A stretch of 64,000 nucleotides of DNA from Lytechinus pictus (GCF_037042905.1 NC_087246.1:6698001-6762000); one strand, 5' to 3'; positions 37,701-49,301 are shown, numbered from the stretch's first letter. The notes: a model not told the origin generated them from the sequence alone. Program-made: numbers and translations.

Positions 37701-40700
37701 AACAGTTTTCCTATCAATTATGATATTTTCATTAACTATTATATGTTTGAATTAGTGTGATATAGCTATGATATATTTCATAATTTTAATGAGTTTAATA
37801 TTATATAACAGAAAACTCATGTTTCTATACATTTCAGGAGAAAGACTGTGAGTTGAATGAGTTAAGAGAGAAGCTATCACAGCAGGAGATTTCTAAAAGA
37901 ACATTGGGAGATCAGATGAGATTAGAAGCACAAGAACAGGTATGGTTTTAATCATGTACACTCACATCTCAAGATTTTATTTTTGTGGATTTCTCTTATC
38001 TAATAATAATTTATTTTGTATGCATTGTGTCAAGCAGATGTACCGGTAAATGTTTTTTAAATGTGATATGTTTTGGTTCATTCTGTTTGTTTATATAAAA
38101 GGAAACAAATTTATACAATTCTATATCTCATGTTATGTTTAAAATAAATGCTGAACTTGAATACACAAGTTGTAAAATCTATCACACACAGTTTGTACAT
38201 ATTAATATAATAATACTGAATAAGATCATTTTTACCTTTATAGATTTACACAAGTCCAAAATATTATACATGTTATATAGTTGATGAAATTCAATTCAAT
38301 TCTTAATTGAATCATTTGTTCTATATAAATTTCACATATTCCAAATTTTTTAGATTGTTATGAATTTATTTTTGTACAATCAAAATTTCCTATCAAATCA
38401 TCAAAAATTAAACCTGAATAGGTTGTAAAATTGTGAAAAATACCTCATTATTGTCTTAACTACACGTACAGCAGACCTTGTTGGGTGATTAGTAGACCTG
38501 GAATTATCTTGACAATGTCTGCATTTCAATGAAATGTTGGATTTCACTTACCTCCTTCGTTATTCCTGAATGTAACTTATTTATTTTATTTTTTCATTTC
38601 CAGACAAGAAAACATGACAGCAATAGAAACGTTACAAAAGAAATGTAAAATTGAGCACCAGCCAATGCCTGGGGATCACCTAAAAGACTTGAAAATTCTG
38701 TCGAGAGGTTCTCCACATTGGCTGGTGCCTAGATGAAATAACACAAAATAGCAATAAATTCAAGCATGTACTTACAATACTAATGAATGAATTCATTCAT
38801 TCATTGAAATATAATGTTTTCTCATAATATATTTCACTTAACATTTAAAATCAAAATTCATCTTTGGATAACTATTCACAGCAGGATTGCAATAATGTCT
38901 ACTTACTAATAGAAATGAGTTGACAACTGGCACTCCATAAGTGTGTTCTTAGTTAAACCTAGTGTTACCTGTTTACGCCAGCTGGTAACAATCTCAAAAC
39001 AAGTTCAAACAAATCCAATAGATTGACAACCGAAGAATGTAAAAATTAATACAATATGCAAAATAATTGTGGCAGAAAATGCATAATTGCTGTAATAGTA
39101 GCACAATAAGCATGGTATTCCAGCCATATGATGTGACTTTTTCTAATGAATGATATTATACCATCACAACTGTACCCATTTGTGTTGGCAATCATTAGCA
39201 TCCTGACTTTTTACATCACCTTGCTAGAATTAGATTTAAGGTAATATTATGGTCATAATTATCTTTAATTTTAAAGACTTTTTTTTAAAAGAAAAGTATT
39301 GCTTCCTTCTACCAGATGTCTTAATTTAATCAATGAAATGAAATACCACACAATGATAATAATCAAAGGTTTCTTCACCCCATACTGCTATGTTGAGGAG
39401 CTTTGTACAGTAAAACCCATACTATTGAATTAAATTCAGATTCAAAAAGCCCTTGAGGAACAAAAAGCCATCTTTGAGACAGAATCAGAGAAAGAGAGAC
39501 AAAGAGAAGCACTGGCCAAGGAGGATGCAGTTGCCATAGAAACCAAGCATCTTAGAGAGGAGCTGAAAAGAGAAAAGCAGCTGAGAGATACTCTAAAGAC
39601 AAGCCATAGTAATATGAAAGAGGTAAATAAGACCTGGGGCAGTTTTCACAAAGAGATGAAAGGACTTAAAATCTCATGTTGATTACCAGATGTGTGTGTT
39701 GTAAGACAAATCACTGCAAAGCCATTAACAAGATTATATGTACATTCTGGCACTTATATGTGAGTTTGACTCCTTTGAATATTGTTGTAAGATGGAATGA
39801 GTTTTCACAAGCATTTATCACACATGAGGCTTGACAGTGGTAATGTAAGCCTTTGCTACATGAAGAAATGAAATAAAACAAAATAAATAAATCATCATTT
39901 GGTTTTGCCACAGAGTCAAGCTAAGCTTATAGTGGCAACCCCTGCAACCTTTTTAAATCTTTGTTATAGGAAATACGACCTTGTTCACAATTTTGTTATT
40001 GTTAGATATTTTGTTATGTATTATGTATTTTCTTTGTTACTTTGTATATTTATGAAAAAGCTGCAAAAGCAATGAATGAAAATGAAACATTTAAGTAATG
40101 TCAGTTTTTGATAAAATCTTCTGTTATTCTATGAGATGCGCTACCTGTTAATTTTTTTATTTTTTAGTTACAAAGATAATGCAGTTTAATGCAAATTTGT
40201 TCTCTAGAATATGTATTACCTCACAAAAGGAAGAAACTGATATTCTGGCTTTCTTTTCTTTTCTCCCCTTAAAAAAATAAACATTGCTTGGTTACCATCT
40301 CTACCAATTTCCTCAAAGACATTGAATATTTTTGTGTGTATCTTCTTTTTTTTTCCATTTAACCATTAAAAAGGTTTTTATGTTTACAGTGACACAATTC
40401 ACTTATGAACGAAAAATTATTTTACCTTAATCATATTTGAATTGTAACCCTTTTCAAATATATAACATATATGTATGCATTCCTAGAGCTATTTCAGCAT
40501 GATTGTATTTTAATTATTTTTGAAGGAACTTGAAAAGTTGAGAGATGAGAACTTAGGAGCTGGCAGAGAGAAGGTTGAAGCTGTCTCTAAGGCACGGGAG
40601 GAAGCTAGACAGGAAATACAGATACAACTAGATCAGATACGAGATCAAATGGCACAGGTAATATTACATCATGAGATTCTTTTAACTGAATCAATAACTT

Positions 40701-43700
40701 AACTTAAATGATTTAATAACTTACTGGTGCTTATTATCTGTTTCTTTACTGATGTTTCTAAGAACAATACTTTTTGTCAGGTATGTTTTAATTGATATAT
40801 ATGATCTAATACTGCCTTATAAAATCTTATGAACCTTACCATAGAGGTTAATGCTGATGTCTATTAGTAATGGATATATAGAGGTGAATGCTGTGTATAA
40901 TTGCCAAGCAATTCTTAATATTATTTTAGTAAAGTGTGCCATCTCATGTGAAGTATGAAATAGTTTCTTTTAATCAATACATGCAAATTAAATAGAACTT
41001 TGAATCAGTGTGTGTAATTTTCAGAAATTATATTCTTATTAATTAAAATTGATGCAACACAATGTTGATTTCAGCACAGGATTTTATACAAAGCTAGGCT
41101 AATATAATTTTTTTGTGGTAAATATACCTTGGTTGGAGTGACTTAATAGGGTTTATAGTCCAGCATTGATATGATGCAAATCAACAAAAGACCAATATAA
41201 AACAAATTACTGCCGACAACTTAAATAAAATTTGCTTGATCATAAATCATTCATATCTTTCCCCAAAGCTAATAAGAAATATTTCGTTTTTATATGATAA
41301 AAAAAGTTGCATGAAAATGGTTCTGGCAATATTATTCCACAACCCTCTATAATTTATTTTTAAGATGATTTCAAGAGGAAATAATCATTTAAGACAGCAA
41401 CATGTAGTGTCCCACAAGGACTTTATGACTTCTCATGCGCAAACTCCTAGTTAATGTTTACATATCCTTGGATTCAATTTGAATATTTATATCATGCACA
41501 GGGAACAAACACCCTTAGGAAGCTTCCAACAAGATTATGTGTTAAATAAATATCATATACATGGGTATAAAACCAACTAAGGTTAAAAACATTGAAAACA
41601 AAACAAGTTCTCTCACCCATCAGTACAATATGTGCATGATTAGGTGCCCATTTGTTATTTGTTCTCAATGAAGATATGGCACTTCATAGTTGGCATGTAA
41701 ACACAGTCAAAGTGTACAGAAGGGACTAAGCAAATAGATTTATCTTGAAGTGGTCAAGATTAAAATCTGTCCTTTATAGCAGTTGATGGTGATTTTAAGT
41801 TTGCTTTGGAAGTCAAATGCTCATGAACTCTGCCTGGAGATGCAATAAATTATATGACCGGATATTATGTTATTGTTGCATCTTCTTGGGAGTGATACAG
41901 TAGTACAAGCTGTCAGTGAAATGGGATCATATTAGGCGCACTCACTGGACTATTAAAGTAGAATTATGGAAGTTTGCTACTCTGTGATCTCAATATCTGA
42001 CAGTCACTATAAAGGATACGTTAGTAGATTTTGACTCTATAGTCTGGCCATTGGAATCAACACAACTGTATTATTTGCTGACCTATTGGACATATAGCAC
42101 CAACACAACTGGATAATGGTCATTGTATTGCCTGAGGCTTATCTCATGTCAATTTTTATTGAATCTGATTGCAACCATTATTGATTTATTGATCTGTATT
42201 CTGTCTGCCATGAGATCATCAATATAGAGGATTAAGAAGCAACAGCTTATGAACTATGTCATTAGGTTTGAATACCATCATTGGAGTTTACTTTGTCCAT
42301 CAGATGTTCAGACATACTTAAATTCTGTACATTTTTGAAGATGTGTAAAGATTATTTGACATAAACTCATGATGGGTAGCAAGGAAGATTATCTTCATAT
42401 CATAGTTGTGGCTGTACAAGTAATAAAGGTATGGGTAAATTATGCTAATTAATATCATACATGTACATTTATGTTTTTGTCACACTGTTGTATCAATCAT
42501 GTTTCATGACACAGAGAAGATTATAAGAAAATTAAGAGCAAATGTACTGAGAGTATTATTTATGGTTATGCTTAGCTGACTAAATAGGTTTTCATGAGAT
42601 TTTGAAGCTACCAAGAGAGGAAATGTTATATGTTACGAGATAAATGCAAGGATTAGGTGTTTTCTTGAAACTACTCAATTTGACAATTAGAAAGTCAAAA
42701 AGGGGCCTAAGCTTTCGATCCTAGCAGAATCTTCGTCGGAGGCAAAATGACAAACATATAAAGTGGAACAACCATAATATAGACCACAAACAAGCTACAG
42801 CAACACTAGAAACAAGGAGACAAAAGGGGCATTAGTGAGTAGAGAAGACCAATCAGGTTAGTGAAGGGGATGAAAGAAAAGGAGTAGGCAGACACAAAGG
42901 GAAGTTAGTGTAAGTAAGGCCAGTAAAAGACCTCAAGCCAAGAGGGATTAAAATAATGAGGCAGGCAACATCAAACAGGATCTGGAACAAAACAGTGATA
43001 ATGGGATGAAAAACAAGAGAATTAGTGAGAGGTGGGTCAAACAGGTTACAAAGAAAGGCTTAATAAACTGGTGCATAAGAGTGGGGGAAAAAAAGAAAAA
43101 GAATGGGGAACAACTGATAATGTGCAAAAGACATATAAGTATATATGATAAAGCATTAAACAAACTAAGAGAAGAAGGTAAGTGTAAATATGTATCTTTA
43201 AGTGATATGTATATAAATTTGACAATTCACAGCATTTTCCCCAAAAATTGATATGTATGAACCTGGCTAAAGCCAGGGTAATAATATCCAAGTCCTTTGG
43301 AAGCTCTTAGGGATCTTATGACATAATGTGATATGCGCTATACAAGAACTGCGTTATTATTATTATTATTTCAAAATTAGATAAAAATAAAAGAAACATA
43401 TACATATTATCTTTTAAACAACAAAATTAAAATGCTTTGGAAAAAAAGAATGAAAATTGTTATGACTTTTTTTTTTTGTAGAACATTGAAAGTTTTTTAT
43501 AGGAGAGCACTCATAATGCCCTTTTTTGAAAGCTAGGCTTAGCTTCCGATAAAGTTTTATTGTTTAATTGTTTTGTTGTTATAATCAGTATCTATAATTT
43601 GAGGATTTTTCTTTATCTTTTTTGCAGGAGAAAACAAGAGAAACAGAAAAGCTGCAGCAAAAGCTCAAACAGCAAGATGATGAATTGACCCAGCTAAGAA

Positions 43701-46700
43701 CAGAGGTCAAAGGTTACCGTCAGAAACAACGGGATTCATCATCCAGTCAGAGCAGTTTAGACCAGAGCTATAGAAGCATTGTTATGGAACTAAATGAAGA
43801 GTGTCGGAAAACATCCAATCTGGTGGGATCAACACCCCGAAAAGTACCTCTGTTCAGGTAGATAATGATGATTGCTTCCCTCACTAATACACTGTGACAT
43901 ACTAGTAGAAGATATTATCAGTCTCAACTCTCATCATTAATTTCCAATCCTTAGCCCTCATGATTGCTCAATTTGTTGGTGTTTCATCTCTCTTTTTTTG
44001 TATGCTGGGTGCTCAAATTAATACACAACATGCTATTTAGACACTTTGGACAGCCTTTGACAGACTTTTGGGCATTTTTAGGTCTGTAGATCAAAGGTCA
44101 TAACAACCATACCTGAGCAAAAATATATATGTAGTTTGATTTACAATACTCCTATGGTTTCCTGGACCAACTTTCATGGACATAGGATATAATTCTGCTA
44201 AATAAACTCAAATCAACCAATTCTGTAGGAGAGTGTAATCAGCATTGTCTATCTACAAGATTGATTGTAAGCAAGCAAACGGTAGAACATCTTATAGCTG
44301 TTGTCGGAATTATAAAAAATGATTGCAGTAGATTACTTTTCTGAAACACATGAACAGTGAATACATAGACAGGAAAGCATATATCCGTAATAAAAACTTG
44401 CATATGTCAAATTAATATTTAGCTCAAGAAATATGAAAGCAGACTCGCCATCTCAGACCGGTTCTTCCAAACAAGCATCCTTCAACAGTCCTGGTCGTAC
44501 TCAGCTCATGGCAGCTATCTCAAACCTTAAAGCTACCAATGATGATCTCAGGAACTATATCAAATCATTACGAGATGACTTAGAGAAACAAAGGAGAGCT
44601 ACCACAAGGGCAAACAGAGAAAAGGTATGGGATTACTTTAGATTTGCCTGACATTGGTACATTATTTAGTATGTTGGTCCGTGTTATGCCTATAGCAGCT
44701 TTTACTTATTTATCAGGGCCTTGTAATTGTAAAACAATGATACAATTGATCTTGTATTTTCTATTACAGGGTACTGGATTAATGAAACAATATGTAGAGT
44801 TTAGAGCTACTATATTCCTTTATAGTATCACAAAAAAATATTAAAGGTGTCTGTTCATTTTGAAACCAAGATGTTGTCAATCTTACAAATATTGCATCTC
44901 CTTAGCACATGTTTCCAATAGACTTAGCGCTGATTTAAATCTTAGAAATTGAATTTTTCCTCTACATTTGAGATCACCAATATTTTCAAACTTAGATTCT
45001 TCAGTCATAAAGTTGTAAAGATATAGTCTTTTGAAGATCCATGTATCTGCATCTCTCCCAATCTTTTACCTTCTCTCTCTCTCTCTCTCTATATTTGCCA
45101 CTTTGGGATTACCGAACACAATTTTCACACTTTCTGTCCTTTCTTTATCTTTTCTTATCATTTTTTCTCACTGATCTTCACCTATCCATTTTTCCTTGTG
45201 TTTCTATTACCCGTCTCTTAACTCTGTCTTCTCCTATACAGGATAATGAAGTGAAGAAGCTTGTTGAATCCATGGGAAGAGAAAAGGCTCAAATATTTGA
45301 AGGTGTAAGTAGTTTTCCTATTTTATATTTAACCATTTGAAACAAATCAAACGGGATGCATATCCTAATTGGCATATTCTTATATGAATCATTACAAGAA
45401 TACGCCACCATGTTGTTTTCTTAGTGGCAAACCAAAATAGTTAATGAAGGGTATTCATATGTTTCCTATGTTATTAAATTCCTCATCACTGTAACATAGA
45501 TCTTATTTTCATACAAAAAGTCTCAAGTTAGGCCTATATATCATCAGAATTTACTTCGGAAGGTGTTTTTCAAGACTGTTTGACCATGTTTCAAGTTTGC
45601 TGAATGAAATTGATATTCTTTGAAATTCTGTTTTACCTTATCTTCATTCAAATTGTTTTTCGTTACTCTTTTATTCACAATTTAATGCATAGTTTTCTAT
45701 GAATATTAGCAGCGAGGTCTAGTAGTGAAATTGATAAATGATTACTGACTTTTTCTTCCAGGAGAGAGACGTTGAGCTAGACCGGCTCCAGCGCTCCTTG
45801 GGGGTACTCCGGGACTCTGAGAAGACCCTCCAGCAGGAGCTAATGAATAAAGATGAGGAACTACGTCAGATTCAATCCAATATGGCCGCCTGGAAGGAAG
45901 AGACTGCCCTCAAGATGGCTAGGAAGTTTGAAGATGAACTCAATAAAGAGCTGGAAGTGTAAGCATTGTTTTTTTGTTCAGTTTTATTTTTTTAATTAGA
46001 AAAACTTTTTATTCAAAGAAAATGATGTGAAATAAAAGTGTATTCAAATACGTGCTTATATGATTGAATAATTGAATTACATCAGTATATTTTTAGTATA
46101 TTTTTGTTAAAATGGAAGCTCTTCTAAGTCATACATACATGTATCATTTGAATAATATCAATCATATTAAGATTATTTACTGATTTTAATGTCTCTTTTT
46201 ATTTCTTAATTCAATTTCGATTTAATCGGTATCCTTTTCTTTCTTTATTTTCTTCAGAAGATTGGAGGAATCGCACAGTGGGAGTGGGTCATTCAAAGGA
46301 AGCCTTTCAGATTCAAGATTGAGGAACTCAGCAGTAAGTATTAGATGACGGTTTTCAAATTCAAAAGAATTCTGGGCACCAATTCATAAAGTTTGTTAGC
46401 TCTGAAAGTTACCATAGTAACAGATAGAGATCAATGCCTCTTAGTCAATCAAACCCATGGATTTCATTGACCTCGTCAGAGCTGACAATTTAGTCATTGC
46501 TTATAATATTTATGAAATGCCCCTCTGATGTTAAGTTTAACATTATGACAAAAAAACATTGTCTTAAATGTGTTCATTCATTAGCATGTCATATTTAGAT
46601 CTTTTCAATATAGTTTAATCATATCTCACTTTATTTACTACTCATTAAAAACTTCATATTTTTCTATTGCAACTTAATTAATGATTTGGTATGTGAGTGG

Positions 46701-48453
46701 AGAAGATATATGTACACTGCTATTCCTATGTGATCAAGTTTATATACTGGGACCCATTGCAGACAGACTTGCATTTAAACAAAAGGAAAAAAAATTATAA
46801 TTTGCACATCTCATATAAGTATTTCTGAGTGTTGAATATCTAGTTGTGTTTTATATTAATACTTTTGTTTGGCCTAAAGCCTTTTCACAACTGGTCCCAG
46901 AGAGAATATCTTAAAACTTTTGTGTATACATTAGGGAGTGTCCATGTATTAAAAATACTGTAATTGTTGTTATTTTTGGTAGCTTGGAACATCTACCCCA
47001 TCATCATCTGTAGGATCTGGTGAGACTGGTACTAACAAACTCCTACGTCATCTCCAGGATAGAGTTAAACAGCTAAGGATTGAAAATACCACTCTCAAAC
47101 AAGCTAATAGATTGGACAACAGTTTTGATGGAGGGGATTCAAGCTTTCAGAAAAGCTTACAGGTCAGTCAAATTATCGGCATGTTCATATACAAGAAAGC
47201 CTGTTCTTGAAACTTTATTTGTCTTTACAATAATTTTTCATTCATTTATTTCATTGAGTGCTAATCAACGCACTATCAAGTCACAAAAGATGAAATTAAG
47301 ATTATAATGATAATCTGGTTATTTTTAAGGCATTTAATACATATGCACTGTTTATATCTAAGTGCAAATGAGAAATATTCATAAGAGTAGCATAATATAA
47401 TGGCTTCAATCGTTGGAGGCTTGAACCCCCTTCAGGTTTAAAATTGTAGTGGGTTTTTTAATCATACACAAACACTGAGTCTGATTAAGTCGTGTGTTTT
47501 GTTTAAAAATGTACATTTCTATCTGTGGTTATTTACTTTGATAAATTTTTCCCAATATATCTGTCTACTTCCATACCCCTTCTTTTTAGCTTGAAGAGAA
47601 AGATCAGCAGCTGTATCGGTTAGATCAGAAAGTCAAACTACTAGAGCGCCAGCTGTGGGTAGCTGAGGAGAGATGCAGGGAAAATGCTGCCCTCATGAGT
47701 CAGAAAACAGCAGAGAATGTCAGACTGGAAGGAGCCCTTACCCAACAAACCAAGGTAGACAGTAGGGTTTATTTCCTACGAGTCTCCATGTTACAAAATG
47801 GACAGAAACAAAAATATCTGGCAATGAGACATAAGACTTTTAAATGCCTCTGTGTTTTTATATTGTGGTTTTTTTTTCATAAGATGAGCAACAGGTGGGT
47901 GTTTCATAAAGCTCTTAGTAAGTTAAGAGCAACTTTAAGAACAACTAGTGATCCTTTCTTGTGGCAAACGGTAGATTCATTGGCCATAAGAAAGGGTCAC
48001 CAGCCGTTCTTAAAGTCACTCTTAACTTATGAACAGCTTTATGAAACGGATGTAAGAGGAATACAATAATAGCTTGGTTATTTTGGTAGTGTAGCCTGGG
48101 TATTTGCAGTATTTTATACTCAGTTCCAAGAGTTTTGGGGGTTTATCACATGAAAACAAATTAATGAATACACTTACATTGTTAGCAATGAACTTTGCTT
48201 ATGTCAATTGTTACTATGTCAGACAGGAATTAGATTGTCAGAATAACCTTTGTTTAAGTTTCTGACCTTTTCGACTGGATGACTTTTATAGCCAACTTAA
48301 GACTAATATTTTACATTCATTGATAATTCATTGAGATTTTTACATTTAAATTTATAATTATTTTTCTTTCTTATTTTTCTGTAGGAGCTAATGAGAGTGG
48401 AACGAGCTTACAATAAACTTTCACACTCCACACCAACATCACCTGTGCCTTAA
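17837..48453 (+). CDS. Spliced gene model (21 coding exons, ~2611 aa): large Ser/Pro-rich disordered N-terminal region with a KRAP/ITPRID-like motif plus a long C-terminal coiled coil; orthology not recognised
   Basis: Exons 17837-22782, 25271-25487, 27634-27711, 29160-29272, 33025-33196, 33503-33676, 34678-34803, 35242-35436, 36013-36132, 36442-36537, 37838-37939, 39440-39622, 40526-40657, 43628-43857, 44423-44624, 45242-45304, 45762-45958, 46258-46333, 46983-47162, 47590-47754, 48385-48453. All introns are GT..AG, phases match at every junction, and the total is 7836 nt with no internal stop. Joining of the giant exon to the rest is inferred from phase only. Confidence 0.8.
25271..25487 (+). 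CDS. Coding exon 2 (TKAGPSQGVQHREG...EQQAVLQNM)
   Basis: ttctgtacag acceptor, GTATGA donor; phase 2 in, 0 out; continues the exon 1 frame. Confidence 0.8.
25520..25995. repeat. Imperfect (GAT)n/(GAG)n/(GGT)n microsatellite
   Basis: Direct reading. Confidence 0.95.
26171..26413. mobile_element. hAT-like MITE with a duplicated left end
   Basis: CAGTGGCGGATCTAG (26296) / CTAGATCCGCCACTG (26399-26413) is a perfect 15-bp TIR; second left end CAGTGGCAGATC at 26171; no clean TSD. Confidence 0.7.
26664..27263. mobile_element. Kolobok/T2-type MITE with TTAA TSD
   Basis: TTAA|AGGACAAGTCCA ... TGGACTTGACCT|TTAA; long imperfect inverted arms; same family as 53852-54381 in the opposite orientation. Confidence 0.82.
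27634..27711 (+). CDS. Coding exon 3 (TQSENSLRTSLEVMQASLKELKTRKQ)
   Basis: ttctttgttag acceptor, CAG|GTAGGA donor, phase 0/0. Confidence 0.82.
27847..28430. mobile_element. Kolobok/T2-type MITE with TTAA TSD
   Basis: TTAA|AGGAGAATGAAAC ... GTTTCATTCTCCT|TTAA; perfect 13-bp TIR and ~190-bp imperfect arms. Confidence 0.85.
29160..29272 (+). CDS. Coding exon 4 (DAVDELKTLQEAVKRNKSD...GDGLR)
   Basis: tag acceptor, AG|GTAAGA donor, phase 0/2, heptad-like pattern. Confidence 0.85.
29400..29757 (-). mobile_element. Decayed tRNA-derived SINE interrupted by a LINE-tail fragment (~29540-29650)
   Basis: Minus-strand B-box GGGTTCGAG near 29700-29708 with a tRNA-like head; the insert starts with an (AAT)n tail and TAGCGC, like the LINE tails elsewhere in the window. 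Confidence 0.5.
31684..31785 (+). mobile_element. LINE 3' tail fragment ending in (TTA)n
   Basis: CAGGGCCCGCTGGGAGAACAGTTT..AACTGA..TTCCTGGGTAAAT then (TAT)n; decayed inverted relative at ~3130-3200. Confidence 0.5.
33025..33196 (+). CDS. Coding exon 5 (SELMVLEYQRDQARRELKDLEE...GLSVEE)
   Basis: cctag acceptor, GAG|GTATAA donor, phase 2/0. Confidence 0.87.
33503..33676 (+). CDS. Coding exon 6 (MLGVIRERDDLQAKLE...KLEKLQE)
   Basis: aag acceptor after a pyrimidine tract, GAG|GTAGGA donor, phase 0/0. Confidence 0.87.
34678..34803 (+). CDS. Coding exon 7 (DLEEGRGKIESLK...HQKQLL)
   Basis: ttcag acceptor, GTAAGA donor, phase 0/0. Confidence 0.88.
35242..35436 (+). CDS. Coding exon 8 (EKTTTIEELKGK...VLELTNK)
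   Basis: tgcag acceptor, AAG|GTCATT donor, phase 0/0. Confidence 0.85.
36013..36132 (+). CDS. Coding exon 9 (VDELEKEREKKARK...KDEELDQ)
   Basis: aag acceptor, CAG|GTAAGT donor, phase 0/0. Confidence 0.86.
36442..36537 (+). CDS. Coding exon 10 (QKKMLEKTHQD...LEKENE)
   Basis: tgcag acceptor, GAG|GTAAGC donor, phase 0/0. Confidence 0.84.
37838..37939 (+). CDS. Coding exon 11 (EKDCELNELREKLSQQE...EAQEQ)
   Basis: tttcag acceptor, CAG|GTATGG donor, phase 0/0. Confidence 0.86.
39440..39622 (+). CDS. Coding exon 12 (IQKALEEQKAIFETE...SNMKE)
   Basis: ttcag acceptor, GAG|GTAAAT donor, phase 0/0. Confidence 0.87.
40526..40657 (+). CDS. Coding exon 13 (ELEKLRDENLGAGREK...RDQMAQ)
   Basis: tttttgaag acceptor, CAG|GTAATA donor, phase 0/0. 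Confidence 0.87.
41700..42400 (-). mobile_element. Highly decayed LINE (CR1/L2-clade-like) ORF2 C-terminal remnant
   Basis: Minus-strand fragments resembling FHNS.F/YFN.., .KxKLK and ..CVW. words typical of LINE ORF2 ends; many frameshifts and stops. Confidence 0.35.
42705..42743 (-). ncRNA. Minimal type I hammerhead ribozyme motif of Penelope-like retroelement type
   Basis: Minus strand GCCU-CCGACGA-A-GAUUCU(GCU)AGGAUC-GAAA-GC-UU-AGGC: stem I GCCU/AGGC, core CCGACGA (U4C variant), 6-bp stem II, GAAA, palindromic AAGCUU stem III. Confidence 0.6.
43255..43370 (+). mobile_element. LINE/SINE 3' tail fragment
   Basis: ..TGCGCTATACAAGAACTGCG(TTA)n; related tail at 4945-5050 (TGCGCTATACAAATCC-TATTA). 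Confidence 0.55.
43628..43857 (+). CDS. Coding exon 14 (EKTRETEKLQQKLKQQD...TPRKVPLF)
   Basis: long pyrimidine tract plus tgcag, AG|GTAGAT donor, phase 0/2. Confidence 0.88.
44423..44624 (+). CDS. Coding exon 15 (SRNMKADSPSQ...TRANREK)
   Basis: tttag acceptor, AAG|GTATGG donor, phase 2/0. Confidence 0.85.
45242..45304 (+). CDS. Coding exon 16 (DNEVKKLVESMGREKAQIFEG)
   Basis: pyrimidine tract plus acag, GTAAGT donor, phase 0/0. Confidence 0.8.
45762..45958 (+). CDS. Coding exon 17 (ERDVELDRLQRSL...QSNMAAWKEETALKMARKFEDELNKELE)
   Basis: ttttcttccag acceptor; the GTAAGC donor at 45959 gives the phase 2 needed by the next exon. Confidence 0.87.
46258..46333 (+). CDS. Coding exon 18 (RLEESHSGSGSFKGSLSDSRLRNSA)
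   Basis: strong pyrimidine tract plus cag, GTAAGT donor, phase 2/0. Confidence 0.84.
46983..47162 (+). CDS. Coding exon 19 (LGTSTPSSSVGSG...KLLRHLQDRVKQLRIEN...KSLQ)
   Basis: tag acceptor, CAG|GTCAGT donor, phase 0/0. Confidence 0.86.
47590..47754 (+). CDS. Coding exon 20 (LEEKDQQLYRLDQKVKLLERQL...LTQQTK)
   Basis: tctttttag acceptor, AAG|GTAGAC donor, phase 0/0. Confidence 0.87.
47896..48050. mobile_element. Short foldback MITE
   Basis: GTTTCATAAAGCT..TAAGTTAAGAG..ACTTTAAGAAC vs GTTCTTAAAGT..CTCTTAACTTA..AGCTTTATGAAAC. Confidence 0.75.
48385..48453 (+). CDS. Terminal coding exon 21 (ELMRVERAYNKLSHSTPTSPVP*)
   Basis: long pyrimidine tract plus gtag acceptor; TAA at 48451-48453. Confidence 0.85.
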   Translation, partial: ELMRVERAYNKLSHSTPTSPVP

Positions 48454-48567
48454 AGAATTTTCAGACAACTGCCTCCAAAGAAGAGAAAAACACTGAAGAA
48501 CAATGTTGCGTGTCAGATATCAGTGCTCAGCAAACCTGACTGTACAGTGTCCAGGAAGGACTCTTAA

Positions 48568-49075
48568 AGGGAAAGTTCACCCTGACGAAAAGTTTGTTGT
48601 AAAAATAACAGAAAAAATAATAAACAAATATTTGTGAAGGTTTGAGGAAAATACATCAACGATAAAGAAAGTTACTCAAACTTTAATTTTTGGATTTGTG
48701 ACATCATGTATCAGCAGCTGCCCCTTATGTTATGTAATTTAAATGCATAAATTTCAATTTTTAGTGGTTCATAATGATTTTTTTTTCCTTCGTAGGAGTG
48801 GGTGTGAAATGATGTTTCTATTGATGCACTGAAAGGTACTATAAAACCCATTTTAAATTTTCTGAGAAAATGACATTTTATTGATTTTTCCCCTACGATA
48901 TGCACAAAGTCTGATCGCATATGATATCACAAATGAAATAATTAAAATTTGAATCACTTTTTCTTCTTTGATGGATTTTCCTCAAACCTTTACGAATATT
49001 TTGTAATATTTCTTCTGCTATTTTTTCGATAAACTTTTTGTCTTGCCATGACAGTTTGCAGGAAGCAACTTTCCA
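48568..49075. mobile_element. Degenerate Kolobok/T2-type MITE in the presumed 3' UTR
   Basis: TTAA|AGGGAAAGTTCACCCTGA start; inverted subterminal GAAGGTTTGAGGAAAA / TTTTCCTCAAACCTT; right end decayed. Confidence 0.65.
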
Positions 49076-49301
49076 TATTATCTATATCAACTCAGTCAGG
49101 TTTTCCAGTGATGTGTTTCAAGAAATTTATTTCCAATTGATTACAAATATCAGTCACAAATATGCAACTTATAAACCATATGTCACAAGCAAATCTAATT
49201 GGCCGATTTTTTATGCAAGGAGTTGTCCTGCAATCAATTGCAAATTTGTATTTGATTATAAGATTTCAAGTCAATTGCAGTGACACCATAACATTAACTA
49301 C

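Noticed and set aside
45957..45962. Alternative donor GTGTAA at 45957 for exon 17
   Set aside because: Phase 0 would shift the frame of exon 18; GTAAGC at 45959 keeps the ORF open
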